Below, in pieces: positions 1 to 15,737 of a stretch of 64,000 nucleotides of DNA. Source of the DNA: Guillardia theta CCMP2712 (lineage: Eukaryota > Protista > Cryptophyta). A model generated the notes under the pieces. It was not told where the DNA came from. It made no database searches and saw only the letters and a list, made by a program, of their open reading frames with translations. Each line of letters opens with the position of its first letter. Position 1 is the stretch's first letter. The stretch covers positions 192,973 to 256,972 of the forward strand of contig NW_005434644.1 of NCBI RefSeq assembly GCF_000315625.1, written 5' to 3'. The translations under genes and the position numbers were made by a program.

Positions 1-945
1 CATCTCCTCTCGATGAACGCCAGCAAACTCCGACAGCCACTCGTTTACAGCACAAGTAGCCCACCTGTTGGTGCAAGGGTCCAGAGTGATGGACTGAAAC
101 CCGCACCTCGCCGACTGCTGCCAACTTCTGAGAGCCCTTGAGTCCATGGCGGCTATTTGATAACTTCGAGCTCGTGCATTCAGGAGCCGTTCGAGCGCTG
201 TCAAGGATCTCGCAAGCGTGTCCTTCAAGCGCAGGGGTAAAATACCGTAAATGTTTCGAATTCCAGAGATTGAAACCCCTTGATTCTCCCAGAAAGTCCT
301 CAACAAGAATGGGACATCATGAGAGGAAGACTGATCCGATCTCCTTGAGTGGGCGAGACAATGTGCCGGGAAGGCTATTGGCCTATCAACAGGCATGTTC
401 AAGAAGTCAAATTCCTGATTCACATTGTTTGACATGTCGTAAGAGGAAAAATCAGGATGTGCAGAAAACCCAGGCACAACTTCTGTAGTATTCCAAAGCT
501 GCGCCAGTTGATCTTCGCTCGACGTGTCAGATAGAGGAGAGCTACGATTTGACATAATACTGTTATACTCCACTTGGCTCATGCAATCATTCTCGCTCCC
601 TCGAGAGATACAGCGGCCACAAGGGCGACAGCCATCGCACTTGACTTTGCTCTTGTTGCACCTAATGCAAGCTTGGTCCCTCTTCAATGCCTTTCGGGGA
701 AACCCAAGAGGACTTTTCTTTCTGTTCAGGTTTGATTCTGAGTTCTTTGGAACTTGATCAACACACATGTCGGTCTTGCCTTTGAAGATACAACTCCTGC
801 ACGGCCTCTCACCGTCGCATTTAATCTTGCTCTTGTTGCATGCCTGGCATGCTCTGTCGCGTTTCAACTGTTCCTTCATGCTCGTTTGAGTCTTGACGTC
901 AACTTCCATATCCGCCCTTGCATCATTCAGAGCCGCCGGGAACAT
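1..945 (-). CDS. Transcription factor with two tandem Zn(II)2Cys6 binuclear clusters; 3' end beyond window
   Basis: Manual translation of the minus strand: frame open from ATG 945 (or 909) to position 1, so it is absent from the ORF track. Contains CQACNKSKIKCDGERPCRSCIFKGKTDMC (849-763) and CIRCNKSKVKCDGCRPCGRCISRGSENDC (669-583), both with canonical C-x2-C-x6-C-x5-C-x2-C-x8-C spacing. Confidence 0.9.
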   Translation of the reverse strand, partial: MFPAALNDARADMEVDVKTQTSMKEQLKRDRACQACNKSKIKCDGERPCRSCIFKGKTDMCVDQVPKNSESNLNRKKSPLGFPRKALKRDQACIRCNKSKVKCDGCRPCGRCISRGSENDCMSQVEYNSIMSNRSSPLSDTSSEDQLAQLWNTTEVVPGFSAHPDFSSYDMSNNVNQEFDFLNMPVDRPIAFPAHCLAHSRRSDQSSSHDVPFLLRTFWENQGVSISGIRNIYGILPLRLKDTLARSLTALERLLNARARSYQIAAMDSRALRSWQQSARCGFQSITLDPCTNRWATCAVNEWLSEFAGVHREEM

Positions 946-2574
946 TTGAAATGGATGACTCTCAATTATATGGATCGTCTAAGAAGTTCACCAAAAAGAC
1001 ATGTCGTAATTAGAGGCTCGCATCCACATCCTGAAGAGCGAAAATGTCACTGTTACAAGTGATCAAACCATGTTACAACGTTCAGAGGGTTACTTTGTGA
1101 AGTGGCATTTCAAATGGTTTACCAATTTTGGCATTTTCTATCAATTATCTTGATTCACGTGGTCTATTGCATTTCAAATCTCTAGCCTCTTGTGTGTTAC
1201 AATGGCAGCATTCCTATTTGATATCCTATCACATAAAACAGATTCAAAACAGATAAACTCGAAGCCCAGTTCTGAATCGATGCATGTTTGTTAAACACAT
1301 GCCCCTTCTTTCATCTGGGGGAGCCTTTTACATTCATCTCCATCTAATCTCCCTTGATCTTGCCTGATCATCGTTTCCACTGTCCTTTCTTTATCTCTCC
1401 CTCCCTCCCTCCCTCCCTCCCTCCCTCCCTCCCTGCATCTCCATCGCCGGCCAACCCTGAAAATGGAACCAATTCTTTTTTCCCAAACTACCCCCAACCT
1501 AGATACCCCTCTTCTTCCCCTCAAGTACCCCCACCTGATTACGGATTGGGAACGTACTGCCACCAATCTTGTGGCTGACACGGCTCGTTGATATGCTATT
1601 ACCACCCACCCCCTCGTAATAGTAAAATTCTGCACCTGAGGTACTTGACTACCCAGTAAACGACTTGAAATGTACGGGTGATTGGAGGACACGCTGACCT
1701 AGCTAGTGAGCAATAGATAACTGCACCTTTCAATGAATGCCACGATGGAGAGGGCCGACGATGATGCTTCAAGCGCATGTACCGCTGCTTCTGATCAGCC
1801 TGGAGGGTTTCTCGCTGTAGTGTTGCCCTGAAGTGAACACAGTTGACAGCGCGAGCACACGCGATTGTCTGCCATGCTCATACGCAAGACTGCAGCGGGC
1901 AACCCCACTGTCACAGCGCGGAAATTCTCACTCTAGATCGTCGTTCATAGCCGTGAAGAAGAGTACTCGGTCCTGCTCACAACTCCCGATGGAGAACTCT
2001 TCGTTATTGCGTCTTTGAGCTTTGAACGCCGATAGCAAGCTCTTGTTGATGACCTAAGCGAGCAGCAATTTTAATAATTTGTAACAATTGTGAACAGCAT
2101 TATTGTCCATGCCGATCCTTGCATACATAGATGAAGGAAAATCTCCGATTTCAGGTAGTCACAGCATAGCAGCTTTTTCGATGGAAAATTTCGGGGAAAC
2201 TGGTGGATACAATCGCTAGAATGTCTCCGTTTCTTGTGTGCGACATGTAGGGAAGGCGAGCAAGAGGCAAATGAATCCCTTCATGATCTCACAGGTAAGA
2301 TGTAGATCATCTTGCATTGATCACTGAACTTTTGATCAGATAGAATTAAACTTCAATCATGATTATTTGGCTCCCGATCTGAGTCAAAGTATAAAATCGA
2401 AGGATTCTTCTTGTGTGCAACTGGATTGGATTGGCTTACGAGCACTTCTTCGTTCCACTATGCTGATGGCTTTCTACCACTCAGGTCCAGACACAGGACT
2501 CATCAACAAGTAGCAGAGCAGGCACAAGAGTCAGTAACAAGCAAATCATCCAGGTCTAATCAAACTTGCTTGAA

Positions 2575-3270
2575 CTTCGGAGCGCAACCGGCGGGCTGCC
2601 GCAAAGTCAAAAGTGTCATCCGATCCCTCGCACACTGACTCGGGGACGGTGCCGCCACCGGGTCACCGGACTCGGGACGCGGCCGCCGGACCGCCGGCGT
2701 GCCCGGCCCGTAAGGCTGACCCGGCCGGTTTCCCGGCGATCGTCACGTTCCCGGCGTCCGAGGCGGCGCGAGGAGCCGAGTTCCGACTCCGGAGTCCCGG
2801 GAGTCCGCGGGCCAAGTTGACTCTGTGACATAAACTTAGTAAAGGCCAGCCCCGCGACGGGCGCCGGTCCGATCCCCCGCGGCCGACTAGGACTCGGAGG
2901 CCCTCGGAGGCTCAGTGGCGGGCCCGGACCCGGGGGGCGGGCCCGGGCGTGCCAGGCCGCCCTGAGCTGAGCGGCCCCCGGCGCCCGGGCCGGGAGTCGG
3001 CCGGGCTCACAGAGTCAGCGGGTCGGCGGGCCCACTGGCCGGGCGGCGCCCCGGGCCCTCCGGTCGCCGCCCGGCTAAGCCGCGGTCGGCGTCCGGGCCG
3101 GGCGCGGGACTCAGTTGGTCCCCGGAGTCCCGCGGCCGCGGCAGCCTGTCACAAATTAGTTGACGGTGAGTCGCCGGAGTCACCGCCACTGGCGGCGACT
3201 CGCCGGTGCTGAGCCCCGCCCGGCCCGGGGCCCGGGGGGCCGGCCCGGCGGGCGGCCGGGACGAGGGGGG
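2575..3270. repeat. Very GC-rich intergenic island rich in GACTC/GAGTC and CCGG words
   Basis: Abrupt compositional change with many GACTC/GAGTC pairs (e.g. palindrome gactccggagtc near 2784-2795). ORFs here are low-complexity P/G/R. Followed by a purine-rich (GA) tract at about 3310-3760. Confidence 0.55.
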
Positions 3271-4156
3271 AGGAGGGGGATGGTTGAGAAGTTGTACTTC
3301 TGACTTGAAAGTGAGGAAGAAACAAGCAAGAGAGGAGTGAGGAGAGAAGAGAAGAGAAGAGAAGAGGGAAGCGGGAAGCGGGAAGAGAAAATGGAGAAGA
3401 GAAGGAAGGGAGAAGAGAAGCGAAGTGAAAATGGAGAAGGGAACGGAGAAGAGAGAACGAGAGAGAGGAGGAGGAGGTGAGCGAAGGCAGGAAAAGAGAA
3501 GAGAGAATAGAGGTAAGCCAATGAGCAGGTGGGAGAACAGAGAGGAGAGGAGAAGAGAAGAGACGAGAAGAGACGAGAAGAGACGAGAAGAGACGAGAAG
3601 AGACGAGAAGAGTCAAGAGGAAAATGAAAGGGAAATAAAGAGCATGAGGGGAGGGGAGGAACAAAAGAGATGATATGAGGCAGGATGAGGAAGCCTGAGA
3701 GGGAGTGGTAGAGGAGAGGAGCGGAGAGAGGGCAGGCCAGGGGTAAGCGAGTAGCGGATAGGAATGAATCCATCACTTTAATGATGTTAGCTGTATTAGG
3801 AGACCGATTTTTATCTTCTTTGCGTACATCGAAGCACCTGTTTGATTTCTTATTGACTTGATCTCCTCACGCAGACTCGATTGTCGACTCCAGCCCAAGA
3901 TTGCGTGGCAAGAGTTTTGTTGACTTCTTTGAGGCCAAAGAAACTGCGAGGTTCTCAGAAGCCGTCGATGCGGCCCGGATCTATCATGCAACTCCAAGGG
4001 CACCAATGCTGAACATCCCTATCTGTTGAGACAAGTTTGTTGGACATGTCCAGAGACTGCACCTGGAGGTTTTTTCCCGCCTTTATTTTCAACCTGCACA
4101 TGCTTGCAATTGCGGGGAATTTTGACATCCAAGGAGAATTACACTGGAGACAATGG

Positions 4157-6397
4157 ATGGATGTGTTGGAAGACAGCTCGCCAGGACAAGTTGTCGAGAT
4201 GAAGTATGGGGGACAAGAGGTAGTTTGTCCTGTTTGTTGCGACGACTCTGTTGACTCCCCTGTTTCGACCTGATCATTGCGATTCCCTGCAGGTCGAGAG
4301 TATCTTCCTCTTAGAGCAGCTTCGGCTAAGAGGAGGAGGAGCTTGTCTGCCGTTCCCTGCCTCGAGCCCAACAAACGCGTTGGAGACTCAACTGTTCCAT
4401 GCTGCGAGCACGGGCAACGTGAAGCAGGTAGAGCAGCATCGATGCTTTCAAGCCGAAACAGTCCTGCGCAGATCGAAAGGTTGGTCAAGTTGGGAGTGGC
4501 GGTGGACTGCACAAACAACCAACAGCAGGCAAGTAGAGAGTCTGACGTGCTGGTCGCACTGACTGCGATGTGATCTGGCAACAGAACCCGATCCTCAAGG
4601 CAGCAGGTCACACTAGCAGGAGTTGTGCTGAAGTTTTGACACATGGAGGACAGAGCGAGGAAAGTCAAGAGCCATCCAAGCTCTTGTAGATGCTGGCGCG
4701 TCGATCGACAGGTGAGGCAAGGAGGAGAAGATCTGTTGCGTGATGACTGCAACATTGCCTCAGTCGGGATGCGAAGAACTCGAGCGCTCTGCATTACGCT
4801 GCATACAATGGTCACACGACGAGCATTGAGGTGATGGCTGCGGCGGGGGCGGCGGGGGTGGTGGTGATGATGATGATGATGACGACGACGATTAGGAGGA
4901 GTAGGCAGAGGTTGTGGTTGTGGTTGTGGTTGTGGTTGTGGTTGTGCTGTTGATGGTGGAGAGGGAGCTTGAACTTTGATGAATGCAACTGAATTCTCTC
5001 TGTGGTCAAACAGCTTCTGGTCAAACTTGGATCGGATGTGAACTTGCCCAACAAGTTCGGATACTCGTGAGTTGTCAGGTGGACGTTTGTAGGGTTGAGA
5101 ACGTTTCTAGACCGTTACAGTATGCGTCGTCGGACGGAAGGCTGGACACCGTCAAGACGCTCCTTACATTAGGTGTGGAACGAACGACCTTGTCCCTCCT
5201 CCTTTGCTGACGAGAACTTGTCATTGTAGGCGCTCAAGTCAATTGTCAAGATTACATGTATGCTCTATCTGCAATGTGCATCTGTCTCTTCTGACAGATG
5301 CCTGTTCTCTCTTCTTCTCCCCCCCTCCCCTCACTCCCTCCAATCTCCTCCACTTCTGCTCTTTCTCCCTCTCGTTCTCTCTCCCTCTCTTTCTCCCTCA
5401 TCTCCCCCTGAACCCTTTCCGCCATATCTCCCCCCACCCCCTCCCTTTCTCATTCTCCTTGGATCCCTATTTCGCCTTCTGCCCTTAGGAACTGGACAAG
5501 TCTGCATAGGTACACCATCGACAGCCTCGTTGCTTCTTACACGTTTCGCTCTCCAAGGGCTGCAGGCAACGGGCATGCCGAAGTCGCGCTCCTCCTCCTC
5601 CACCATGGTGCGGATGTGAACGCGTCGGATGTCCAGAACTACACAGCTCTGCATGAGGCAGCCTGGTGCGGGCATGTTGATGTCGTTAAGGTGAGAGAAG
5701 GGTGCACTGTTTGAAGAGGAGGAGGAGGAGGAGGAGGAGGAGGAGGAGGAGGAAAAGGAGGAGGAGAGGAAGGGAGCAAGGGAGGGGGAGGGGAGGGGAG
5801 AGAAACGGCAGACGGCGAGGAGGGGAGTGGAAGGGATGAGCAGGTTGGAGCTTGTTTGATGAAGTTTTATCTTCAGGTCTTGATTGCCTTCGGAGCAGAC
5901 ATGCACCGAGCAGACTTGTGGGGCAACACGCCTCTAGGTAGACGATGATGTCGCTACATGCTGCATGGTGACGGGTCGGTTGGGCAGATCTTGCTTACAC
6001 TCAAGCCATGGAGGGCAAATCACAAGTGTATGAGTACATGGTAATGATGATGATGATGATGATGAGGAGGAGGAGGAGGAGGAGGAGGAGGAGGAGGAGG
6101 AGGATTGTGAAGAGGAGGAAGAAGTTTACAGTGATGACGACGATGTTAATGATGGAGAAAGTGACGATGAGCTTGAGAGCTCCGATGGTTGTGATGTTGG
6201 ATGTGTGAGGAGGAAGTGGCGGTGACGCTGACATGAGTGCGTGGAGGTCTCGGTGCAGGAGGGGAGGATGACGGTGGAGTTGGAGCACGTAAACTTCGAC
6301 AAGAACATCATCGACTTGTCAGATGTTAGCGCGTCAGCAGCCTTTGCTGTTGTAGGAGGAAGACAACGGTGACGAGAATCAAGTGATACACTTGTAA
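4157..6397 (+). CDS. Multi-exon ankyrin-repeat protein (start uncertain)
   Basis: Exons encode [98 protein letters not shown] and [20 protein letters not shown], separated by GT-AG introns. Confidence 0.85.
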
Positions 6398-6521
6398 TGA
6401 AGCTCGAAGAGGATGGTTGGGGTGATTGGGATGCTCGGGAAGTAGACATGAGGGATGGAGCGAGGGAGCGAAGGAGAGGAGGAGGAGGAGCAGGAGCAGG
6501 AGCAGGAGGAGGAGGAGCATG

Positions 6522-6555
<34 letters not shown>

Positions 6556-6830
6556 AGGATGCGATGTTTATCACTACGGTGAAGTAACAATATGAGAAGG
6601 GTAGGAGAAGGGGTGTAGGAAGAGCTATTTGACAGTTTGTTGTTGCAGTGAAGACGAAAGGGGGGGCACAGAAGTAGGAGGTGTAGTGTTGGAGGAGGAA
6701 GGCGAAGGAAAGAAGAGACAGAGGAGTAGGAAGCTGTGTGGGAGGGGAGAGAGATTGGAAAGATAAAACAACAAGAAGAGAGGGGAAAGAGGGAGAAAGA
6801 GCGGGAGGAGGGGAGGGACGAGGAGGAACT

Positions 6831-10440
<3,610 letters not shown>

Positions 10441-10899
10441 CTTCTAAACTTGCCATCACCCTTCGTCCCTTCCTTTCCCATCCTCCTTCCCCTCCCTCCC
10501 TCCCTCCCTCCCTCCCTCCCTCCCTCCCTCCCTCCCTCTCCTCTTGACTCCCTCCCCTGCTCCCTCCCTGTATCTCATCATTGCCCCCTTCTAGGAAAAT
10601 TCCTCAGCAAAAACCACATCCCCTCCTGTACCCATACACTCTTCCTCCAGCAGTTCCTCCAGCTCTTCCTCCAGCACAGGCTTCCTCCGCAACTTCCTCG
10701 AGCTGTTCCTCCTGTCCTCCCTCCTCCTCCTGCGCTTCTGCTGCCTCCTCGTCTCCTCCCCGCCTACCTCCTCGTATCGATCCCTTCCTCCCGCCCCCTC
10801 CCTCTCCCAGGCACTGATGACGTCCTAGAACTTCCCACTTCTCCTCCTCCATCATCTCCACGACAGCAGACAAGTTCGTTTATGAAAAACATCGAATTC

Positions 10900-13800
10900 T
10901 TATCGCGCAGCCCCGCCAGTCATCGCAGAGGGCAACATGGCGGAGGCGTTGAACTCGTTCATGGACTGACGATCTGACGAGAAACATCGATAAAAGTTGC
11001 AGGAGGAGGAGGAGGAGGAGGAGGAGGAGGAGGAAACAGCGTCAGAGGAGGAAAGACAATGGAGACCGGCACACCTTTCATAACCTTGTCGAACCGGGTC
11101 TGGTCAGCCTGCATTCTGACCTTCACGGGAGCAAGGGAGCTCTTGACCTTCTCAGCAACTTCAGAGTCCTTGGCTGACTGCAGGAGCTTGTAAGACGTGC
11201 AGAGAACAGGCAGCAGGGGGACAAACCTCCTCCTTCTTCGCTCTTGCGACAGCTGCTGCCAGGCTCTCTGCCTCTTCCTCCATCCGCCCGTTGAGCTCCT
11301 CCTCAGTCTGTTGGAGGGCAGCCGACAGCCTCTGCAGCCCAGCGGCGATGGAGGAGGACAAGGTCGGCGTTGCTGACTGGACCTGCATGCTCCCTTGAGA
11401 AGATGGAGGGGAGGCGAAAGCAGCTATCACATGCAGCATGTTGCCTTCGAGTCTCTGGCTTTCCTTCGAGATCTTCCCCTGTCATGAAGTGAACAAGCTT
11501 CCTACACAACCCCGCTCTCCTCTAGCTCCCCCACCTCCCCCTTCCACTTTCCCCCCTCTCCTCCTGTCACCTCCAAGGCGTCGAGCTTCTTCCTGACTGG
11601 GTCCACCATCCTTGCCAGCCGCTGGCAGCATGTGCATCATCCCAACAGCAAGGTTCGCCCCCTCCCTCCTCACCTTCTCTCCTTTGTGAATCTCCTCGAT
11701 CGCACGCCTCACGGTGTCTGCACCTCCCTTACTTTGCCGCTCCCTCAACCAGCACAGGAGAGCGACAGCACCTTTGTCGTTGTCGAGCGTCATGTTGGCA
11801 ACGATCGTCTCCTGCAGCGGAGCATCAGACGAAGACGAGGAGGAGCTGGGAGAACCGACCTGTTCGACCACATCGTAGCTGGACTCAAGCTCGTCCAGCC
11901 AGGAGGTGATATCTTCTGCATCTCAAGCATGTCAACGCTTTAGTCCTAGATATCTAAACTCCTCACCCTCGAGCTTCGAGTCAATCGTGTCTCCCTCAGA
12001 GTTTTCTTCACCCGCATGTCAGTCGCTCACACAACGATCCCAACATGAGCATCACGGTTGTTGATGGCGTCCTCCGCCTCCTCCGCCATCTCGTCGCTCG
12101 CCCGCTTCATTGCCATCAAGGCAGCCTCGTCCTTCTCAACATCAGCCTGGACTCAACTCGCAAGGTGGCTCCTCACTTGTTCGTTGCGATCGTGCAGTGC
12201 TCTGGCAAGCGCTCGCTCCTGTTGTTCTGAAGCGCATCGTCAGCTTGCTGAAGGTACAAGTGCTCGACCTCTCACCGAGAGTCTGCAACGAGGCCGGATG
12301 ATTCTGCGAGACGATCTGACCGCATCCAATCAGACAGAAAGCAAAGGGGCAATCGTCAGAGGTCTTGACTCTTGTTACCCTCAGCGATGCGTTCAAAGTC
12401 TCCAGCGCCTTTGAACGGCCGCCCTCAAGCGCTTGCAACGCCAGCTGGTGGAAAACAATCACTCCAGTAGGTTCAAATTCCACTGGAGGCATACCAGGTG
12501 CTCCGACGCCACCTGCTTGTTCGTTTCCAGGCCACTCCTCAGATTTTGAAGCTGCAGGTTTCAATGACAGGTCACATATCACCAATTCCATTCACACAAA
12601 TCACCATCAAGGCGTTGCGAGCTTCGGCCGCTGCAACGTCTTTCTCCAATCCTGACACACCAACTAGTCTGAGCGTTCAACAAGCAAAGTTGGATAGCTT
12701 TCAAACTCACCAGACATCAGCTTTTGTTGAGCATTGACTTCTTGCTCCGACTGTCGACGGTAGCTCTTTTGAAGGAGAGATCCATCAGGCACCAGAAAAG
12801 AAGGAAAGAAAAACATTTCCACACATCAAGCTTATCCTTGAACTTCTTGAACTTAGAACTGAGGGTTGAAACAGTCTGAGAAGGTAGTCAGCAGGGAGAG
12901 CACCGCAAGCGTCCGACAACAGAACCGTCTCATCGTCCTCTTTGACGTCTTTGCCCTCCTCTTCTATCGATTTGAGCTGAGGCTCTTGGCTCAATACAAA
13001 CACAAGAGTTTCAACAAGCTCTACCAGCATCTTTCCGGCCCTCCTCATCTTTCTTTTCGACCCGCTCAGCGTCAGCCCTCGTTGTTTTCGCAGCTTGGAC
13101 AGCGCATGATTCTACTCAAGTGTAAGACATCAAGAATTTTAGCAACATATCTGTCCTTCTGACCTTAGCTTGGTTGATTTGTCTCAATTTGTCTTGCAAA
13201 CTTCTTGCCTTCACCTGCATCCGTGACAACTTTCCCTCTACTGACAAGGCGAGACTCTGCATCAAGTTGTAAGGGAAGAGGTGCGAGGCAGGACCTTCCG
13301 CTCACCGTGAAGTTTCTGAACAACTGCGCTGAGTATAGGTCGCTGCTTCCTTCGAGCTGCGATGACAGCTGTTGCAAGCTCTTGAAAGTTTGACCCTTAA
13401 TGGCTCGAACCTGTGGAAGGTGAGCATGTGCCGAAGCACGCATCAAGTGCGGAACCTCAGCGTCTTCCTGCTCCTGTACAGCATGCACGTGCCCAAGAAG
13501 CTCTCTCACTGCCTTGATGCGCTACAGCTTTCTGATCAGGGGTACAGCAGTGGTCAACCGATGCACACCTCATCATGCTTCGCCTGGAGCCGCTCAATCT
13601 TGCTGCTCAACATGTCGAGCTCACCTTGAGCTTGATCTGAGAGAACGTGAGGAGAGGAAGGAAGAGGAGGAAAAGGATTGGGGAGTTTGGGGGCGGGAAA
13701 GCAAACTGGCGGCGGGGAGGAGGATGTGATGCCAGGCTTTACTTGCAGCAAGCAAGCTTGCTCGATTTCTGCCTTGATGGACAAACAGCAGTACCACCAA

Positions 13801-14320
13801 GATGAGCAGAGCTCCGGGGAGACAGGCCCTCAGAGCCCCTGAGGAAGAGGTCAGACTCACGTCAGCAGGCAGCATTGCATACCCATGACTCGTTCCCTGG
13901 ATCGCAAATGCCTCATGCTGGACGAGAAGGTTGCAGGGTCAATTATATCATATGCCGATCCGCTGTGATGAAGACGTGAGGGGTGAAAGATAGGGTGATG
14001 ACTTGATCCACAAACATCTCTGCCTCCTCCTCAATCATCACCTGAAGTCTCTATCATATCCCTCCTCTCCTGCCTCCTCCTCCTCCTCTCCTCCTCCTGC
14101 CTCCTCCTGCCTCCTCCTCCTCCTCCTTCATCCGCCAACTCTGAATCCCCGCATCCCCTTCAACTGTTTCGGATCATCCATCGACATCCTATCTAACTCG
14201 AGTTGGCGCGCCATTATTCGACTAGCCGCATTATCCTTCCTCCATCCCCACCCTCCATGGCCTGTTGCCCTGCCATTCCCTATTTCGGGGATGTATGAGC
14301 GATACACACCCAAGTATTAG
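10900..14320 (-). CDS. Hypothetical multi-exon coiled-coil-rich protein (boundaries approximate)
   Basis: Chain of minus-strand ORFs with E/K/Q/A-rich helical segments (ELDMLSSKIERLQAKHDE, LQRLSAALQQTEEELNGRMEEEAESLAAAV) and GT-AG junctions. No family recognised. Confidence 0.45.
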
Positions 14321-15737
14321 CAGTGAAGCCTTCAAGTTGAGACCACGAGACCCGGGCCCGGCCCGGCCCTTTGCCGGGGACCCGGGGGGATCCGATGATC
14401 GCAAGACCCGGGCCGGGGCCATGTTCATCAGTCTGGGCCCGGTGCTAAAACTCACTTATATGGCGTCCCCCACTGCTGTAAAGAGCCCTGCACACCACAG
14501 TCTACCCCCTGTCAAAAGTACCCCCACCCACGAACAATTTTGATACACCGGTACTTTGCAGGTGAAAATGTCAGGTACTAGGGTACAAACATAACCCACC
14601 CTTGATGAGTACTCAGCTACCTTTCTAGTCCATCGTGGACCCACCCCAAACATATTTGAAGAGGGGGTTCTTTCAGTACATGGGTAGGTACGGATGCAAT
14701 GGGTGGTGGTATGGTGATCATAAGGGGTACTTAACGATATGAGGGGGTGGGTAGGGGGATACAAGGTGGGTCCCTTTTTATTGTTGACTATAAACGCATC
14801 ATATTTGACTATTGTACTTTTTAATGGAATGTCTGTGTATACCCTACCCCGTTCATCCATTAGTAAAAGTACCGGTAATCATTGAAATTTTATTGAGTTT
14901 CCAGGTTCAAGGGCCAATTGACTACAGTAGTGATGCAACGGTCTGGGGAATCTGTAACCGTTGTTGTGGGATCAGGTGGGGTAGGGGTACATGTGGTGAA
15001 TGTGTACCAGGTGAGTGGGTCATAGATTGGGGGGAACAGGGGTCCTTTCATGTAGAATTCGGGTGGTGGCGGGGCACCTGACCTTGCCAAGGGTAGGGTA
15101 GGGTAGGGTAGGGTACAAGTGGGATTTATACTTATTATTGACTATAACTGTGGATTGACTATGGACCTTCCTTGTATGTCCGATGAGAGCCGTAGGGGAA
15201 TGACGAAGCGAGGGAGGAGGAGGGACCAAGAGTAAGAGGAAGAGAGGGAGGAGGGAGTAGCTATCCATAGAGGAGAGGATACAATGACTTCAGCTCGATA
15301 GATACTGCAGTTGGAGCAAGGGACTGAAGGAGGGTGTGCTTGAGGGATCCTATTTTCGTCTGTTGTGTGTGAGAAGTGCAAGTTTAGATCCTGACCCGAT
15401 TTTTGGTAATGATGCAACGTTATGTGTTGTAGCAACGAAAGATGGAGAACATAGCTGAATTCCAGTGTGGCGATTGTTATGAGACAACTCGGGCAGAGCC
15501 ATAGGATTTAAAAGCTAAGAAGAGTTATCAGATTGAGGGGACCAGTCTGGTAACCAGGGAGTCTTTCCTTCACGACTCGCTGTTGGAGAGGGTCACAGAA
15601 GCTAATGTCTCTTACTGGTCACATCCTATTGGTATAGCGAACTGAAACATCGTGTTGCAGATGAAAAATCCTCCGTCTCCCTGGCAGAATGCTACACATT
15701 GAGGGACGTGTCCTGCGAACCAGGTTCGCACGGACAG

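Noticed and set aside
1796-2560. Possible minus-strand gene (also 24500-25770)
   Set aside because: Only short coding-like fragments; I could not build a consistent spliced frame or recognise a family.
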